NCBI RefSeq assembly: GCF_963921235.1
Contig: NC_086107.1
Span: 103,232,001 to 103,296,000, forward strand
From: Mobula hypostoma
Lineage: Eukaryota
Length of the DNA stretch: 64,000 nucleotides
Direction of reading: 5' to 3'
Position numbers and translations under genes: made by a program. Shown piece by piece: positions 63,101 through 64,000 of the stretch. Numbering within the stretch: the stretch's first letter is position 1; every line of letters starts with the position of its first letter. The notes under the pieces are model-generated. The model was not told where the DNA came from, did no database searches, and was given only the letters and a program-made list of their open reading frames with translations.

Positions 63101-64000
63101 GTCCGTGACCTTTCAGGTCAATCTGCCGAACTCAGTGGTTCCAACCTGGGGGTCTTTGATTCCTTGCTTAATGGTATTGGTCCAAGGCATAAAAAAGGTC
63201 GAAAAGCTCAGGTCTAGCTGATTATTATCGTTCTGATGGTTTGGGTTGCTTGTTCCAGCCCCTTACGGTACTTTGACTAAACTTTGGAAAGGTATTTTGT
63301 CGTTAGTAACTGCTCTGGAATGCCCGGGGATAATAGCAGGTGGTATATGAAGGCAAGTCTTCATTAAACAAGAGAGCACGAAGCTGAAACCCGTCACAGT
63401 TGGGTGAGTTATTAAATATCCAAAGTTCAAACAGTAAGAACAGACACCACAGGGGTGAGGTTCGGGCAGAGAAAGGGAGAAAACCAAGAAAGTCATGTTC
63501 AGATAGAACATTACAACACAGTACAGGCCCTTCGGCCCTCAATGAGCTAACCTTTTAACCTACTCTAAATAGTCTAACCCTTCCCTCCTACATAACCCTC
63601 CATTTTTCATGTACCCAAGAGTTTCCTAAATGCCCCAAATGCATCTGCCTCTACCACTGCCCCTGGCAGGACATTCCACACCCCCACCACTCTGAGCGAA
63701 GAATTTACCTCTGACATTCTCCCTAAACTTTCCTCCAATCACCTAACAATCATGCCCCCTTGTATTAACCATTCCCACCCTGAGAAAGAATCTCTGGCTG
63801 TCCACTCTATCTATGCCTCTCATCATCTTGTACACTTCTTAACAAAGGCACCACGGTAGCACACCGGTTAGCGCGGCGTTATTACGGCCCAGGGCATTCC
63901 GGAGGTCAGCGTTGGATTCCAGCACCGTTCTGTAAGGAGTCTTTGTTCTGTGGAACTCCTGTGGAATGCAAGGGCTTTCCCCTGGGTGCTCCAGTTTCTT

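Overview
Repeat-dense vertebrate genomic DNA. The repeat landscape (CR1, Rex1/Babar, L2 and RTE LINEs, V-domain tRNA-SINEs, abundant Penelope-derived short elements) points to a cartilaginous fish, probably a ray; that assignment is inference. One protein-coding gene is clear: a + strand cold-shock-domain gene of the CSDC2(PIPPin)/CARHSP1 family. Its three coding exons (51488-51663, 54092-54214, 55476-55638) have GT-AG introns and splice to 462 nt = 153 aa + stop. Most other listed ORFs are TE fragments or microsatellite artefacts. Most interesting observations: (1) Penelope-derived short elements carry a minimal type-I hammerhead ribozyme motif, with an intact core at 11061-11098 (-), and often sit head-to-head. 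(2) A 27-bp-period array of ACTGGATCCAGT palindromes at about 21110-21570 reads on the - strand as a decayed 9-aa Ser/Gly/His repeat. (3) A hAT-Charlie MITE with TIRs and an 8-bp TSD strongly resembles, from recall, mammalian Charlie4a and holds an exon-like insert. (4) A BED-finger hAT element has an apparent 5-bp TSD. (5) A chain of - strand exon-like islands and an RFX-box promoter candidate hint at an antisense transcript or pseudogene spanning the gene. TE boundaries are approximate and were read by eye.
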